Notes: a model not told the origin generated them from the sequence alone. A stretch of 64,000 nucleotides of DNA from Mobula hypostoma (GCF_963921235.1 NC_086097.1:48238001-48302000); one strand, 5' to 3'. Numbered from the stretch's first letter, positions 11,723-25,324 are shown. Numbers and translations: made by a program.

Positions 11723-13626
11723 GAACTCATAACTAATGAAACACTGTCACTGAAACAATCTACCGCCTGTGTTGCTGAGGATTTCTGGCATTTTCTGTTT
11801 TCACTTGAGCTTTTCTGCATCTGTGATATTTTGTATTCAGCTCAGAATAAATTAGAGCACTGAATATGGAAATCAACAATATAATGGCAAGGAACATGGA
11901 TGCAATTAGTGGCGGTGGAATGGAATTTGGGGCAGGGCCCATCAGAGATGGCTTCAGTCCCATTGCTAATCTGGAGCTTTTATAAATATGTGAACAATGT
12001 AGTTATTATTAGTGATCAATTATTAATTACAATTTAGTCTTTGAACTAACTGATCACCTCAATCAAATAAAAGGCATTTGGATTGCTGGACTATTCTAAC
12101 CTGGTGTACTAGAAATTAGCTTTGGGATGATTTTATGTCACTGCAGCAAATTTGATAGCATATCATCTCGATTAATTCTGACACATCTCGCCATTGTGGC
12201 ACAGACATTGCTTATCCCACCATAAGGTGCTGTCCTGGCTGTTTAAAAGCCTATCAAAGAAAATGGCATAAAGCTGCTTTTCTGAGAACATTTACTGTAA
12301 TCAAGATAGATTTGGCAATATGAATTCAATCTTCTTTGCTGCTATATCCTCTGCACAATGCTTTTGAGGCAGTAGAGTTGCAGTTAAACTGAATAAAATA
12401 AAGTAACTAAGTCTACATTTATCAGTCCATGAATAAATGTAACTTTAGTGAAACAACAGAAGAGAATTACACTGGTGCTGGTTTAGAAATGAATAAATCT
12501 TGGTCAATGTACAATCACCATTTCCCTAGCACATGTGTTGCTAAGTAGCAGTTTTGTATAGTCGATGATACACCGCTTTAGCTCTCAAAGCAGCTCACTT
12601 GAAAACTGGAAATAAATGTGTACTTCACCCAAATGCAGCATTTCTCTGTTATCCAGAACATTTTCAACTTTGCATTAAAATTGGGAATAGCATCGTACTA
12701 TTTAGTAATGTTTATTTAACATGATGGACAAGTAATGAATGTTTTTAGAGTAGTTGACAAGCCAAGTCAAATGATTTTTATAATGCAGAGGCAGAAACAT
12801 GTCCCAGCAGTCCGAGGGCAGGAGGAGGTAGAATCTTTTTCTTCTGGCTAATGAAGAATTCATGATAATCTGTGTGACGTGAGTGAAAGGTGGAAGGAAT
12901 CAGAAGCGGTAATCACGTAATGTGAATGTGTTGCTTCCTCAGTGACACTGGAAAATGGGAGGGGAGGAGGAGAGACCAAGGACAGCTGCCAGTTCACTAC
13001 CAAAGTAATGGAGAAATTTTAATTTGCATCACGATTAACTGAAAGCTGCTCATTGAAGATATTGACAAGGAGGAGTCTTGGACAAGAGAGGCACGGGACA
13101 AATCACGCCTGGGCTTTTGTTTCTTGAGTAAGCACGGATTAGGTTGGATTAGTGTTCAGCTCTCTACTGAGAATTATAAAGGTGCCAGAGAGAGGCAGAA
13201 TTGCTCATCCTCTATGAGCTAAAGCAACTTTTGGATACATGGGGGATCAGATGGAGAGGGAAATTTGAAGCTGAGTAGAAAATTAGCAACTAACAATAAA
13301 CTTAAGCAGGAAGAAAAGCCTGAGCATGTTTTAAAAAAAAAATCCTACCAAGAAGAAGAGAATGTACAATATGATATTCAAGCTTCTCATGATGAGCTAT
13401 CTGATGAGGTATTTATATATCTTGATGACTTGTGCTCGGCATCACTGCAGTGTCTTTGTTGCGCTCAGCGGTTTATCAGAAGTCACCGTGTAATCATGTG
13501 GAAACCTCAATGATTGCTGCTGGACCTAACTGTCCCTACGCATCCCGGATAATGGAATGTCAAAGCAAAATGGATGGGGAAGTTGCTATTTATTGGCTTC
13601 ATGTGCTGGTTATAAACCCTAACTAG

Positions 13627-13646
13627 ATGATGGATTGGAGGGAACT
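13627..13646 (+). CDS. KIF26A: Candidate alternative first coding exon of KIF26A (MMDWRE-L, phase 2)
   Basis: ATG ATG GAT TGG AGG GAA CT is followed by a perfect GTAAGT donor at 13647, with an in-frame TAG directly upstream. Phase 2 matches exon 15297 (CT+A = Leu), giving [16 protein letters not shown]. Confidence 0.65.
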
Positions 13647-15296
13647 GTAAGTAAATTTGGGCATCTTTTCCTGTATTGATTTACAACAGTTGACTTTGGA
13701 CACCTTCATTATACTGCTTATCAATCATATTTTGTACAGTAGATGTTTCATTAAGAAGTTTTAAAAGAATAAATGAATTTCAGGATTATTTGAGTGTGTA
13801 CAAGATATGACTTTTACTAGCTCCTTAATGCTTGTGGAAAATTCCATGCTTTAAAAATGTTATTTAAAGCCTTTCACTAAGTAGCTATTGTAATTTTGAT
13901 TTTTTTCTACAATGCTCCGATTTCGAATTGTTGCCATTTTTTGGTGTTAGAAGTGGATTTTGTTCAAATGCAGACAAACTAAACAGAAAATCCATTGTGG
14001 ATTTAGCCTGGGTCTATGCATCATGTAAGCAATGGATTTGACTGTCCAATTGACTAAAATATATTTAGACCAAAAACCTGCTACCACTGCTAATTGAGAA
14101 AAGAAATATATTCTTTATGAAATACATAGAAGCTGAGCTACGTTTAAAAAAAAAATTTCTTTAGAAAAGGCTGATGTGAACAAGCATGTGTCTTTTTAAA
14201 ACTGGATTTCCGTGTCATTTGTGCTTTCTGCTGTAAGTGTGTTTCATGGAAACTTGCCGTAGCAGCAGGTTAAACCTTTGTCTGCCCAGATGAATAGTAG
14301 ATGTGCATATGTAGCTTTTACATCCTGCTTCCTTTCACAGTCTTTCCCAAGGGAAATGCTATACTAGACTTTATTGAAGTAATAATTATTTCATCAGGTC
14401 TTGTGCATCTCTTGTCTGTATTTGGAGTGGAACCTCCAGAGGCCACAGTTGTCATTTCTTTCCAGGAATGTATAATTTGCACAATTTGAAGGAGAGACAT
14501 CAGCAACTTACCTCATTCTTTTTGAAAGTTGAGATAAATTATGGTCATAACAACCTGCTGTTATTCAAATAAATGCTATGTGGGAAAAGTGAGCTTTTAA
14601 ATCCACTTTACTGTCAGTGCTGAAATAAAATTGAATGTATGATTAGTGATGACGTGACAAAATTAATTTTTCATCTGAGATCTGAAAGTACATTTGTGCT
14701 TTCATGTTTTGTTTCACTGAACTATGCTGCTTTAACGAGCCACAATGGTTCCAAATTATTTATGGACTGCTGTGTTTGCCTGCTGTTTACACCTCTTGAG
14801 TAAACCAGAATTATGCCTGAAAGTGTAATTAATGGGATACTGTAAAAGTGACCATTACTATATATTTTGCAATGTACTATAGGAATGTGAATCCTCTGAA
14901 ATGCCAGTAATTTGTTAGATCACCATGTACTGTATGTACCCGGGCAGCCCATCTGGCCTTGTAGTGACAGGAGGCTGATTTCAACTTTTATAGTGTTGCT
15001 GAGATTTCAGCTGCTTTGGACTCAGCTGTTGAACCCATTCACCAAGTTATAGTTTAATTGAAACTATGTGAGAGAGAAATTAACCGAATATTACCTTGGC
15101 TGTATTTCTGCTGGAGTCTGCCTATATTAGTCTCTTGATAGAACATTCCTATGGAATTTGATTAGAATTAAGTGAGTTGATTTGGGAAACAGCAAATGAT
15201 GACATTGAACATCTGTTTTGTGGAACCAGACTGCATTTGGCAATAAGTAACCCTGCTGTTTTTTTCTCTTCCCCCCCCCCCCACTACATTTCACAG

Positions 15297-15480
15297 AGCA
15301 GCACAAAAGCTGAATCTCTCTTCAAAGCAAAAGAAAAGCCATCCACTCATCCAGCACTCACGTGAGCTTTCAAACTACAGAACAAATTTCAGTGGTATTT
15401 TGCAAGTGTCCCCTCCCCCAGCACCGCCATGCCTTTTGAGGGCTGTGTGTAAAGTCAAGGACAACCCAGGCATCGGAAAG
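15297..15480 (+). CDS. KIF26A: KIF26A exon just upstream of the motor domain ([13 protein letters not shown]...[31 protein letters not shown]); missed by the ORF track
   Basis: Polypyrimidine tract plus CAG acceptor, GTATGA donor at 15481, 184 bp. Translation matches the KIF26-family pre-motor segment. Confidence 0.93.
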
Positions 15481-16500
15481 GTATGAATAAACTATTCTCA
15501 GTGCCTTTGATCTCTATCACTGCTGAAATCTGTGTGAATGATAAATACACAAAATGAATTGAATCCAAGGTGATTTTTTAAATGCTGTTTTTTTCCTAAA
15601 TGTAACTTTCAGTAGCTACAGGTCTAGATGAAATTATGCTATTTACCTCACTTACTGTAATTTCTAAATACAATGAAATATTCAGAAATATTCTGGCTCT
15701 ATGCTGATTTTAGCAGAAGTTATAATCCTTCCATGGTAAAGTTACGGGACGTAAAATGATAAATAAATTGTCACACATACTGAGGTACAGTGGAAAACTT
15801 GTAATTCATTATAACAATGCATAGAAAAAGGGTAAGATAGAACAATAGTAGAATGTGGAATAAAATATTACAATGACATTTAAAATGCAGTGCAGGTAGA
15901 CAATAAGTTACAATATCATAACATGATAGATTGTGAGGTTGAGTCCTCCTTATAACCGTGGGATAGAAGCTGTCCTTCGGCCTTCTGGTACATGCTTTCA
16001 GGCTTTTGCAGCTTTGGTCCAATGGGAGGTGGGCTAGAGATAGTGTCTAGGGTGGGATCTTTGATAATGTTGATTGCTTTATTGAGGCTGTGAGAAGTGG
16101 TTAGTTTCTGTGCCGAGCAGGGTCCAAAGCTCTTTGCAGTTTCTTTTTGTCATGGGCAGAGTAGCTCACATAAAAAGCTGTAATACATCTAAATAGGATG
16201 CTTTCCATGATGCAGCATTAAAAATTGGTGAGGGCGAAAGAGGACATGCCAAATTTCTTTACCATCCTTACCAAGCAGAGGCACTGCAGAGCGTTCTTAG
16301 GCCGTGGCATCTCAATGGTCAGACGAGGACGGGCTATTGGTGATGTTCACTCCGAAAGTCAAAGTACCTATCTGTCACCAGATACAACCCCGAGTTTTGT
16401 TTTCTTGTGGGTATACATAGTAAGTCCAAGCTACACAACAGAATTAATGAATGACTTCACCCAACGGATGGACAAACAATCCATGCAAATACAAATGAGA

Positions 16501-16523
16501 AATAATAATAATAATAATAATAA
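16501..16523. repeat. (AAT)n microsatellite
   Basis: aataataataataataataataa. Confidence 0.9.
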
Positions 16524-17191
16524 ATAAAAAAGCAAGAAATATCAAGAACGTGAGATGAAGCATCCTTAAAAGTGAGTCCCTAGGCTATGGGAGCAGTTCA
16601 GAGATGGGATGAGTGAAGTTCAAGAGCCTGATGGTTGAGGGGTAATAACTGTTCTTGGACATGGTGCTGTAGGTCTTAAGGCTCCTGTACCACCTTCCTG
16701 ATGGCAGCAGAGAGAAGAGAGCCTGGCCTGGGTGGTCTTTGATGATGGATGCTGCTTTCCTGCATCAGTGTTCCATGTAGATGTGCTCAGTGGTGGGCAG
16801 GGCTTTAGCCATGATTGACTAGGCCGTAGCCTCTAGTTTTTGTAGGATTTTCCATTTAAGGGCATTGGTGTTTCCGTAGCAGGCCGTGATGCAACCAATC
16901 AATATACTCTCCACCACACGTCTATAGAAGTTTGTCAAAGTTTTAGATGTGATGCCGAATCTTCACAAACTCCGAGGGAAGTAAAGTGCTGCCATGCTTT
17001 CTTTGTAATTTCACTTACATGCTAGGCTCAGGACAGATCCTCTGAAATAACGATACCGAGGAATTTAAAGTTGCGAATCCTCTCACCTCTGATTCCCCCT
17101 CCCCCATGAGGATTGGCTTATGGGCCTCCAGTTTCCTCCTCTTGAAGTCAATAATAAGCTCCTTTGTCTTGCTGACATTCAGTGAGAGGTT

Positions 17192-17388
17192 AGGGCAACT
17201 CACACAAAATGCTGGAGGAACTCAGCAGGCCAGGCAGCGTCTATGGAGAAGAGTGCAGCTGGCATCTCAGCCTGAATCATCGACTGTGTTTTTTTCTATA
17301 GATGCTGCCTGGCCTGCTGAGTTCCTCCAGCATTTTGTGTGTGTTGCTTGTATTTGCAGCATTTGCAGGTTTTCTCTTGTTTTTGTTG
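17192..17388. mobile_element. Palindromic Penelope 3'-end mini-insertion, older subfamily
   Basis: Inverted arms gcaac..caaaatgctggaggaactcagcaggccaggcagc / gctgcctggcctgctgagttcctccagcattttg..gttgc plus tail. TSD agtgagaggtt at 17181-17191 / 17389-17399. Confidence 0.85.
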
Positions 17389-19802
17389 AGTGAGAGGTTG
17401 TTGTTGTGGTAGCACTCAGCCAGATTTTCACTTGCTCCTATATGCTGATTCATCACCACCCTTTGATTCAACCTACAGCAATGGCGTTGTCAGCAGGCTT
17501 GAATACGGCATTGGAGCTGTGCTTAGCCTCGCGGTCATAAGTGTAAAGCAAGTAGAGTAGGGGCTATGCACACAGCCTTGTGGAGCGTCTGTGCTGATGA
17601 AGATGTTGTTACCAATCTGAACTGACTGGTGTCTACGTGTGAGGAAATGAAGGATCCAATTGCACTAGGAAGTATTGAAGCCAAGATCTTGAAGCTTATT
17701 GATTAGTTTTCAGGGGATGATAGTGTTAAAAGCTGAGCAGTAGTCGATAAAGAGCATCTTGATGTATGGATCTTTGCTGTCTAGATGTTCTAGGTTGAGT
17801 AACGAGCCAATGAAATGTCATCTGCTGGGCACACTGGTTGAATGGTTATTATGCTATTATGGATTTATTGAGAATGCCTGCAAGAAAATTAATCTCAGGG
17901 TTGTATATGGTGGCATATATGTTCTTTGATAATAAATTTGCTTTGAACTTTGAACCTATTGTGCTGGTAGGCAAATTGGAGTGGATTCAAATTACTTCCC
18001 AGGGAGGAGTTAATGTGTTTCATCACCAACCTCTCAAAGCACTTCATCACAGGGAACGTAAGTGCGGCAGAATAATAGCAATTGAGGTATGTTACCACAT
18101 TCTTCTTAGGCACCAGTAGAATTGAAGCTTGCTTGAAGCAGGTGGTACCTTAAACTGCTAAAGCAAGAGGTTAAAGATGTCAGTGAGCACCCCAGCCACA
18201 TGATCAGCACGGGTCTTTAACAGTCGGCCTGGTACCTCATCTGGGCCGAATGCTTTCTGTGAGCATTTGCAAGGATTCTCTTAATGTTGGTCTTAGAGAC
18301 TGAAATCACAGAGTTATTGGGGGCTGTGGGAGTTCATGAAAATTCCTCCATGTTTTGACAGTCAAAATGAGCTTAGAAGACATTGAGCTCATCTGGGAGC
18401 AAAGCCTTGTTGTCGCCAGTGTCTCTTGGTTTAACTGTGTATGAGGTACTAGCATTCAAACCCTGCCACAGCTACTGAGCAGTGACTCAAGTCTGATCCA
18501 GAATTGCCACTTTGACTGTGAGATGGCTTTACAGAGATCGTAGCTGGACCTCCAGTATCTTACTTGATTACCAGACCTGAATGCCACTGATCTGGGCCTC
18601 AGCAGATCTCATGGTTCATCCAGGGCTTCTGGTTGGGGAAGACTTCTGAATGGTTTTGTGGGGACACACTCACCCACGACTCTTTTAATAACGTCCGTGA
18701 CAACCATGGTGTAGTTATTCAGATCCCCTGATGAGTCCTTGTATGTGGCCCAATCCGTCGACTTGACGAAATCCTCTGCCTGCCATGGCCACTTCTATGT
18801 TATTGCTCTTTAGCCTCTGCCTGTATGCAAGTAGGGGAAGGATAGCCAAGTGATCAGATTTCCTGAAGTGCAGTCTAGGCATGGAACGGTAGCCATTCCT
18901 AATTGTAGTAGATTAGTGGTTGAGTGTATTGGGACCCCTGGCACTGTGGGTTATATGCCGATGATAATTGGGCAGAGATTTCTTCAAAGAAGCCTAATTA
19001 AAGACCCGAACAATGATTTGAAATGCACCAAGATGGCAGCATTCAATATCTCAGGTGCCTGGTAGTATGTAAACTAGAAAGTTAAAACTCTCAGTACTCT
19101 TGATCTGAGCATCATTGTTGTAAACTGCAGTGTGTGCCGCCCCCTTTTCCTGAAGTCAACGACCAGCCTTTTTTATTTGCTGACATTGAGGGTTCTGTGT
19201 CTCTAGGCCCTCAATCTCCTTTCTGTACTCTGACCAGTCATTATTTGAGATATGGTCCACTGTGGTGATATCATCTGCAAACCTGAAGATGGGGTTGGAA
19301 CAGAACGTTGGAACAGATAGGAATAGAGTAGGGGTCTGAGGATGCAGCCTTGTGGGGCACTATCGTGGCAGAGGTGTTGTTTCCTATCCTTACTGTTTGT
19401 GGTCTGATGGTCAGTAAGTGAAGGATTCACTTGCAAAGGAAAGAATTGCAGTCTCAAGTCTTGAAATTTGAAGATTCTTTGCTTGGAATTATGGTATTGA
19501 AGGCGAATAAATAATAGTTTAAATGGTGGAGTCACTCTTGTTTATTTGATTCTCGTCCTCAAGTTTCTATGTCTTCATTTCGCACGTTGTAGATGTTGCA
19601 AGACCAGCATTTATTGACCCTCTCTAACTACCCTTGAGCTGGTGGTGGTAAGCTGTCTTATGGATCACTGCAGTCCTACTGATAAAGGTACTCCCACTGT
19701 TGAGAAGGAACAATGGAGGAGGAGAAATGTATTTCAAAGTCAGAGTGTGTGTAGAATGTAAGAATGCAGTAGATAGCATTCCTTCAAATTTAACTGGTAT
19801 TT

Positions 19803-20335
19803 GAAAATCAAAAAGGTGCAGATGCTGGAAATTTGAAATGAAAACATAAAAATGCTGGAAACACCTGGTTAGATAGCAGCCATGGAAAGAGAAATAGCTT
19901 TAACCTTTCAGATCAGAGACCATCAGAACTGGGACTGAGAGAAAACAAGGTTGTTTAGAGTTGGAAGGAAGGTGTGGTGGGGATGGATAGGAGCAATGGA
20001 ATATCTCTGGCAGAATGTGTCCTGGGTTCCTGTGGGACAGGCTGTTGATGAAGCTGACAGGTTAATGGGGAAAGTTAGAGAACACAAACAAAGTAGTATT
20101 AAAGCGGTAAAACGAGCTGCAGCAAATACTTTAGTGTGTCAGGCTATGGTAGTGGAGCGGGAAAAACAGCATGTTACTGGATGACCTGGTGCAGAACTCT
20201 TCAGTTCTGTTACAAACAGAGAAAGCAAATTACTTGAGCAACACACAAAATGCTAGAGGTTTTTCCAGAAGTGGTTGAACTTGATAAGAAATCTGGAAAG
20301 CTATGACATGCCTCGATGGAAGATGAGGTCATACT
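19803..20335 (-). mobile_element. Ancient Penelope-like 3' remnant
   Basis: tgcagatgctggaaatttgaaatgaaaacataaaaatgctggaaacac resembles the reverse complement of the tail. Confidence 0.5.
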
Positions 20336-20784
20336 GAGGTCATATAGCAGTTGCTACTAGGGCCACGGACAAATTAATACAGATGAAATTTAATGCAAAA
20401 AAGTGACAGAAATACAAATGTTTGTACATGAGGAAATGCATATGAATATGGAGGTGCTCAAATGATTCAAGATGAACCAGGATGTCTCCAAAGGCTCTTT
20501 CAGGATTTATTGCTAAACGTGGTAAACTAATTCTGCAGGTCAACACAGCCAATGGCATGCTTAACTGTACAATGTATGCAGTTGAAATAAATCAGAAGAA
20601 ATTGCTACCTAACTGTATGGCCACACATTGAATAGTTAATCCAGCTCTGATACCCAGGAGTAAAGAGATACATTTAAATTCAGGAGGCAGTGTGGAGCTA
20701 AAGGTTTGCTTCTTACTTTAGAAGTTCCTGAATGAGGATGGGCAGGAGAAAGACTTTCATTCTAGAAATTGAGTTATGATATGA

Positions 20785-21105
20785 TGGTATAGTGATTAAT
20801 TAATGGAGTACCATCAAAGGCCTGAAGTTTGGTCCAGGTTTATGAGTTTTAATTCTATCACAGCAGCTGAGTAATTAAGAAATTAATTAAATCTTGGAAT
20901 AAGGCTAGTATTTATAATGGTGTCCATGAAACTGTTGGATTGCTGAAAAACCCCATGTCATCCACTAATGTCCCTTAGTGAAGGAAATCTACCATTCTTA
21001 CCTTGAATGACCAAGATGAAATTCCTGGCCAACAAAGTCAAACTCTTGTCTTCCACCTCTGCTCAGGGCAATTGGAGTTGGACATAAATGCTGGCACTGC
21101 ATGTA
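20785..21105 (+). mobile_element. Ancient SINE-like repeat
   Basis: Resembles a recalled elasmobranch SINE (cactaatgtcccttagtgaaggaaatct...tcagggcaattggagttggacataaatgctggc); not verified by search. Confidence 0.45.
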
Positions 21106-22024
21106 CAAATTACATGAAATCTATATTAAAGCTTTTTTTCAGGGAGACTGTACTTCTAGGATTGATAAAACAAAGGTATGGAAAGAACAAATCCAGAATG
21201 TTATATGTAAATAAATTGCAGGGGTTGTATGGACCCACATTTATTCAGGCTAGAAAGTAAATCTCAACAGGTATCTGTAATTTTTTTTCCTTGAGTCATA
21301 AGTGTTTTAGGTATGGAATGGGCGCTGGCAATACTGTGTGGAGCAATGACTCCAGAATTAGTTATCATGGAGCAGAACAGTTAAGAATTTTTTCTGAATG
21401 GTTAAGCTCAGTAGTATTTCTCACTCTAAGCCATATAATGATTTTGTGAACCCAGCTAGTGCAGAGGGCTAATTGTATTTACTTTGAAAAATTTTTAACT
21501 TTTCTTTCAGTTATGAGACTTGTTGATTATGTTTTTAATCAGAGTATAGTCACCTGGTAATATAGGCAACTGGGAAATGCATGAATGACTGTGTTATCAA
21601 GTACTATCACCCCCTCTCCATATACTGATGAGACAATTGTTGCAGATGGTTTCCTGTGTGCATTACTACATGGATAGTACCTGTATTGTACAGCGTTTAT
21701 GTACACAGCTGTGTGATAGCACTGACTTTACAGTCTTGTAATCAAGTAACATCAAACTACTGCACATAAAGTACCCATGGTTCCCTGTTCTTGTCTTTAG
21801 GGCTGGTTTAATGGTGCTCTCTGCAGTGAATGCTAAATGCCAATTTTCACCTTAACTCTAACAGTGCCATCCTCTTGAAATTCATACCCAGAGTGTAAGA
21901 TTTTGCATAAGGTGTTTGCTTTATAAGCTTTCTGCAAAAGTTGTCCTTTTAGAACTTCTTGGAACTACTAATTGAATACAAAAGAAAATATTCGTTTTAA
22001 AATGGCCGTAATATTATTAGAATG

Positions 22025-22245
22025 ATCCGTAGTTCTTATAGGAGCGTAACACTATTCTGTGCCAGCAGCTTGAGTTAAATTCTGCTGCTGTCTGTAAGGA
22101 GTTTGTATGTGCTCCCGGTGACCCCGCGGGTTTCCTCCCACCTTCCAAAAATGTACAGGTTAATAGATTACTTGGTCTCACAGATGTAATTGGGGTGGGT
22201 ATGTGATCATTGGGCCGAAAGGGCCTGCTATCATCTCTAAATAAT
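22025..22245 (+). mobile_element. tRNA-derived V-SINE-like element
   Basis: V-domain-like core tgtctgtaaggagtttgtatgtgctcccggtgacc..gggtttcctcccaccttccaaaa, with a CR1-like tail gggccgaaagggcctg. Confidence 0.65.
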
Positions 22246-23717
22246 ATAAATAAGTGTATTTTAGATAAGGTTTATACAGAAAAATACTTACAGTGAAACC
22301 TCAATTATCAGTGCAATGCTTTCCCAATTAAGAGGAGATGCTTGTGATTCAAGTCTGCTAAGTATTTCCACACTAATCACTTTTTGACAGCAAAATTATC
22401 CAGTGTGGGAGCAGTTGATTATCAGCTAATCTACAGGCTCATGTCCTCCATGTTGTCACCCCACAAATATATGTCTGTAAAAGTTGCTTGACAGTCCACT
22501 CCTATTTATTGATTTTCAGCATTTGGAAAGTGTGAACAGCAGATTGCACATTTGCTTGCACTCCTGCCTCAAAGGTAAAAGATACTTAAACTCTAAAATA
22601 TGGACACATAAATTATGCATTTGATGAGATCCTGAAATTATCTATGTTCGGTTCTGTAGTTAATGAAGCAAATATTGTAGCACTAATTTAAAAAGAAAAG
22701 CTAGTTTTCCTGATGTCCTGACATTATGCCTTTAATTAAAATAAAATGTAATTTGTTTCTTTTTGTGTAATTTTTCTGTGCTCAAAATACTTAAAATTTA
22801 TAAATGGGATTATAGTTTTACAAAAGGGCAGATCTCTATCATTTCTAGGACTAACTTCCAATATGATGATCATTGTAGAGGTTAACAAGTGTTACAGAAT
22901 CTGACCACCTACAACCCAAGGCCAGTTCCGTATTTTACTCAAACACTATGGTGATATTTAAATCAAAAAATGTTTCATTAGTTGTCCAACTGATGGAATT
23001 TTTGGAGGAAGAGGGTATTTTTGACAGGCAGCTGAATTCATGTCTAACAAGTAACCAATTTAGTCTTTGTTCCTGGGCAAAGGAGAAGAATACCTATTTT
23101 CTTACTATTTGTTTTGTGTAGAAGCCTGTCCATTCTTTTTTAGCAGATCAAGTGAACCCCTGTTGACTGATTACTCTCCTTGTATGTAATTGATATTTTC
23201 AGGTTAGAAATTGCATTATGATTGGGTGTCATATGGCAATATTGTGACTGTATTTTGTATTCAAAGAATAAAATCAGATTGGCAAATAATTGACAGTCAA
23301 AATTGTCATCCAAAATATTAAGCAGGCTTGTTTTTCACTTGGGAATTCTGTTCACAAAGAAGGACTAGTACTCTCTGAGTCTCTCCATGAAATATTCCAT
23401 ATTTTGCTTGATGAATAACTCAGTCCTGTGTCTCATGTTTACTCACTCTCATTCATTATTATCTTGCTTTCCTTAAACTGTTTACTCTCGCCCAGTACAA
23501 AGTGAAAGCATGGACTGGGCTCAGCACAAGCTCTTTGCATGCACACAGCCTGAGGTGGATGTGAAAGCTACTGTTTAAAATGCAACAATTGAAAATATCA
23601 CTTTTGCTCCCTGGTTTCCTATTAATAGAGTTCTTGGAGGCTTATAAAGAAAGTACAGGCTGCTCAGAAATGCTGATAATCCTTCTCCCCCTTCCAATTC
23701 AGACTACATCAAGGAAA

Positions 23718-23910
23718 CACAAACACCAGAAAACCTGCAGATGCTGGAAATCCAAAGGAACACACACAAAATGCTGGAGGGACTCAGCAAGCCAGGCAGC
23801 ATCTATGGAAATGAATAAACAGTCAATGTTTTGGCTTGAAATGTCGACTGTTTACTCTTTTTCATAGATGTTGCCTGGCCTGCTGAGTTCCTCCAGCATT
23901 TTGTGTGTGT
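23718..23910. mobile_element. Palindromic Penelope 3'-end mini-insertion, older subfamily
   Basis: Tail followed by inverted arms meeting at a decayed ribozyme. TSD tacatcaaggaaa (23705-23717) / tacatcaatgaaa (23911-23923). Confidence 0.85.
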
Positions 23911-24058
23911 TACATCAATGAAATCTTGACTGGCATTGATTTGTTTTTTGGCTTTTGTTTCCTTGTTATTGGATGGAGAAAGCACTTTGTAAGAGCTGTA
24001 TATCCTCTTGAAAAATCTTGTCACAAGAATTTGAGAGTCAAGGAAACCTTGATCTCAG

Positions 24059-24390
24059 TGGAGAGAGGTATACAAAATTATGAAGGGTATAGATAGGATA
24101 AATACAAGAAGTCTTTTTCCACAGGTTGGATGGGACTATAACTTAAGGTGATAGGTTAAAGGTGAAAGGTGAATAGTTTAAGGGGAACATGAGGGGAAAC
24201 TTCTTCACACATAGGGTCATGAGAGTGGGAACGAGCTGCCAGTGCAAGTAGTGCATGCAAACTCAATTTCAACATTTAAGAGAAGCTTGGATAGGTATGG
24301 TAGGGGTATGGAGGGCTATGGTCCCGCTGCATGTTGTTTAGAGTAGCAGTTTGGCACAGACTAGATGTCCAAAGGCCATCTATGATTCTG
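24059..24390 (+). mobile_element. CR1 LINE 3' fragment
   Basis: agaggtatacaaaattatgaagggtatagatagg...aacttcttcacacatagggt matches the ORF2 C-terminus of the other CR1 copies. Confidence 0.75.
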
Positions 24391-25182
24391 TGGCTCCCAG
24401 ACTCATCACAGAAACATCATCACATACCTTACTGATGAAATCAGTAGGCTTGGGTTTTCCAAGACTGTTATGAAAGAACTATGTGGAATGTTGAGGGAAG
24501 ATCTTTGGCCATGTTCCCAAGCTTGGACTGCTCGCTCCTCTGAGGTCAAGGTTGTTTTGACTCTCAAATCTTTGTAACAAGATTATTCAAGAGGAAGTAC
24601 AATATTTATTGCCCTCCCCTAACAGTTCTTGAACTGATGGTGGCCAGCCATATTGTTGAACCAGTTCAGTCTTTCAGATGTAGGTACTCCCATGATGCTG
24701 TTGCACAGGGAGATCGAGGATTTAGACCCGTGATAGTGAAGTGAGTGCAGCATATTTCCAGATCAAGATGCTGAGGGGAGACTTCTTTGAGGAGCATAAC
24801 ATCATGTGAGGACTAGGTAAGGCAAATGAGGGCCTATTATCCTTCTCAGTCAGAGAAGACAACAGCTAGAGAGCATTTTTGATATGTGGGTGCTGATGGT
24901 AAGATTGAAATTTATTATGAATCTTCACTTGCCCTGGAGAAGATGCCATTTATCTGCTTTCTTGAAACACTGTAGTGTTTTTGGTGAAGATACCAATGTT
25001 AGAGGGTATTCTGGAGTTATGTGAATATAGCAGATATTAGTTCAAACAAGAACAAGGCTTCAGTTCTCAAGAAGCTTGCAATTAGCCTTTGGTTTGTTTT
25101 TGTAAATTGTAAGTGGTAAACTGAGGTTAAAAGCAGAAGCTGCTCCACAGACAAAGCAAGAACCAAATGTTAAGACAATGGG

Positions 25183-25208
25183 CGTTCACCAGCAACTTTG
25201 ATGTGTGT
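25183..25208 (+). mobile_element. 26-bp Penelope 3'-terminal micro-insertion
   Basis: cgttcaccagcaactttgatgtgtgt is identical to 6679-6704 and lies between a perfect 15-bp duplication tgttaagacaatggg (25168-25182 / 25209-25223). Confidence 0.85.
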
Positions 25209-25324
25209 TGTTAAGACAATGGGGTTGTGTTAATTGGCTTGCATCAAACCAGGCAACATAAGCTAAGTTATTTGCACCATTGTGACTTGAGTTCAAACTG
25301 GCAGACCAGTTGGATGTTGTCATT

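Larger units (their letters stand above)
16350..18930 (-). mobile_element. Rex1/Babar-like LINE fragment
   Basis: Remnants LSLNVSKTKELIIDF and VMKCFERLVMKHINSSL..NPLQFAY; boundaries approximate. Confidence 0.75.
15755..19510 (-). mobile_element. Older Rex1/Babar-like (L2-related) LINE remnant, split by a nested element (~16350-18930)
   Basis: RT remnants (APQGCILRPLLYS, KDSFYPTVIR) occur on both sides of the nested copy; boundaries approximate. Confidence 0.6.

Noticed and set aside
13265..13626. ORFs 13265..13513 and 13432..13626 as KIF26A exons
   Set aside because: No similarity to the KIF26 N-terminus; at most upstream ORFs.
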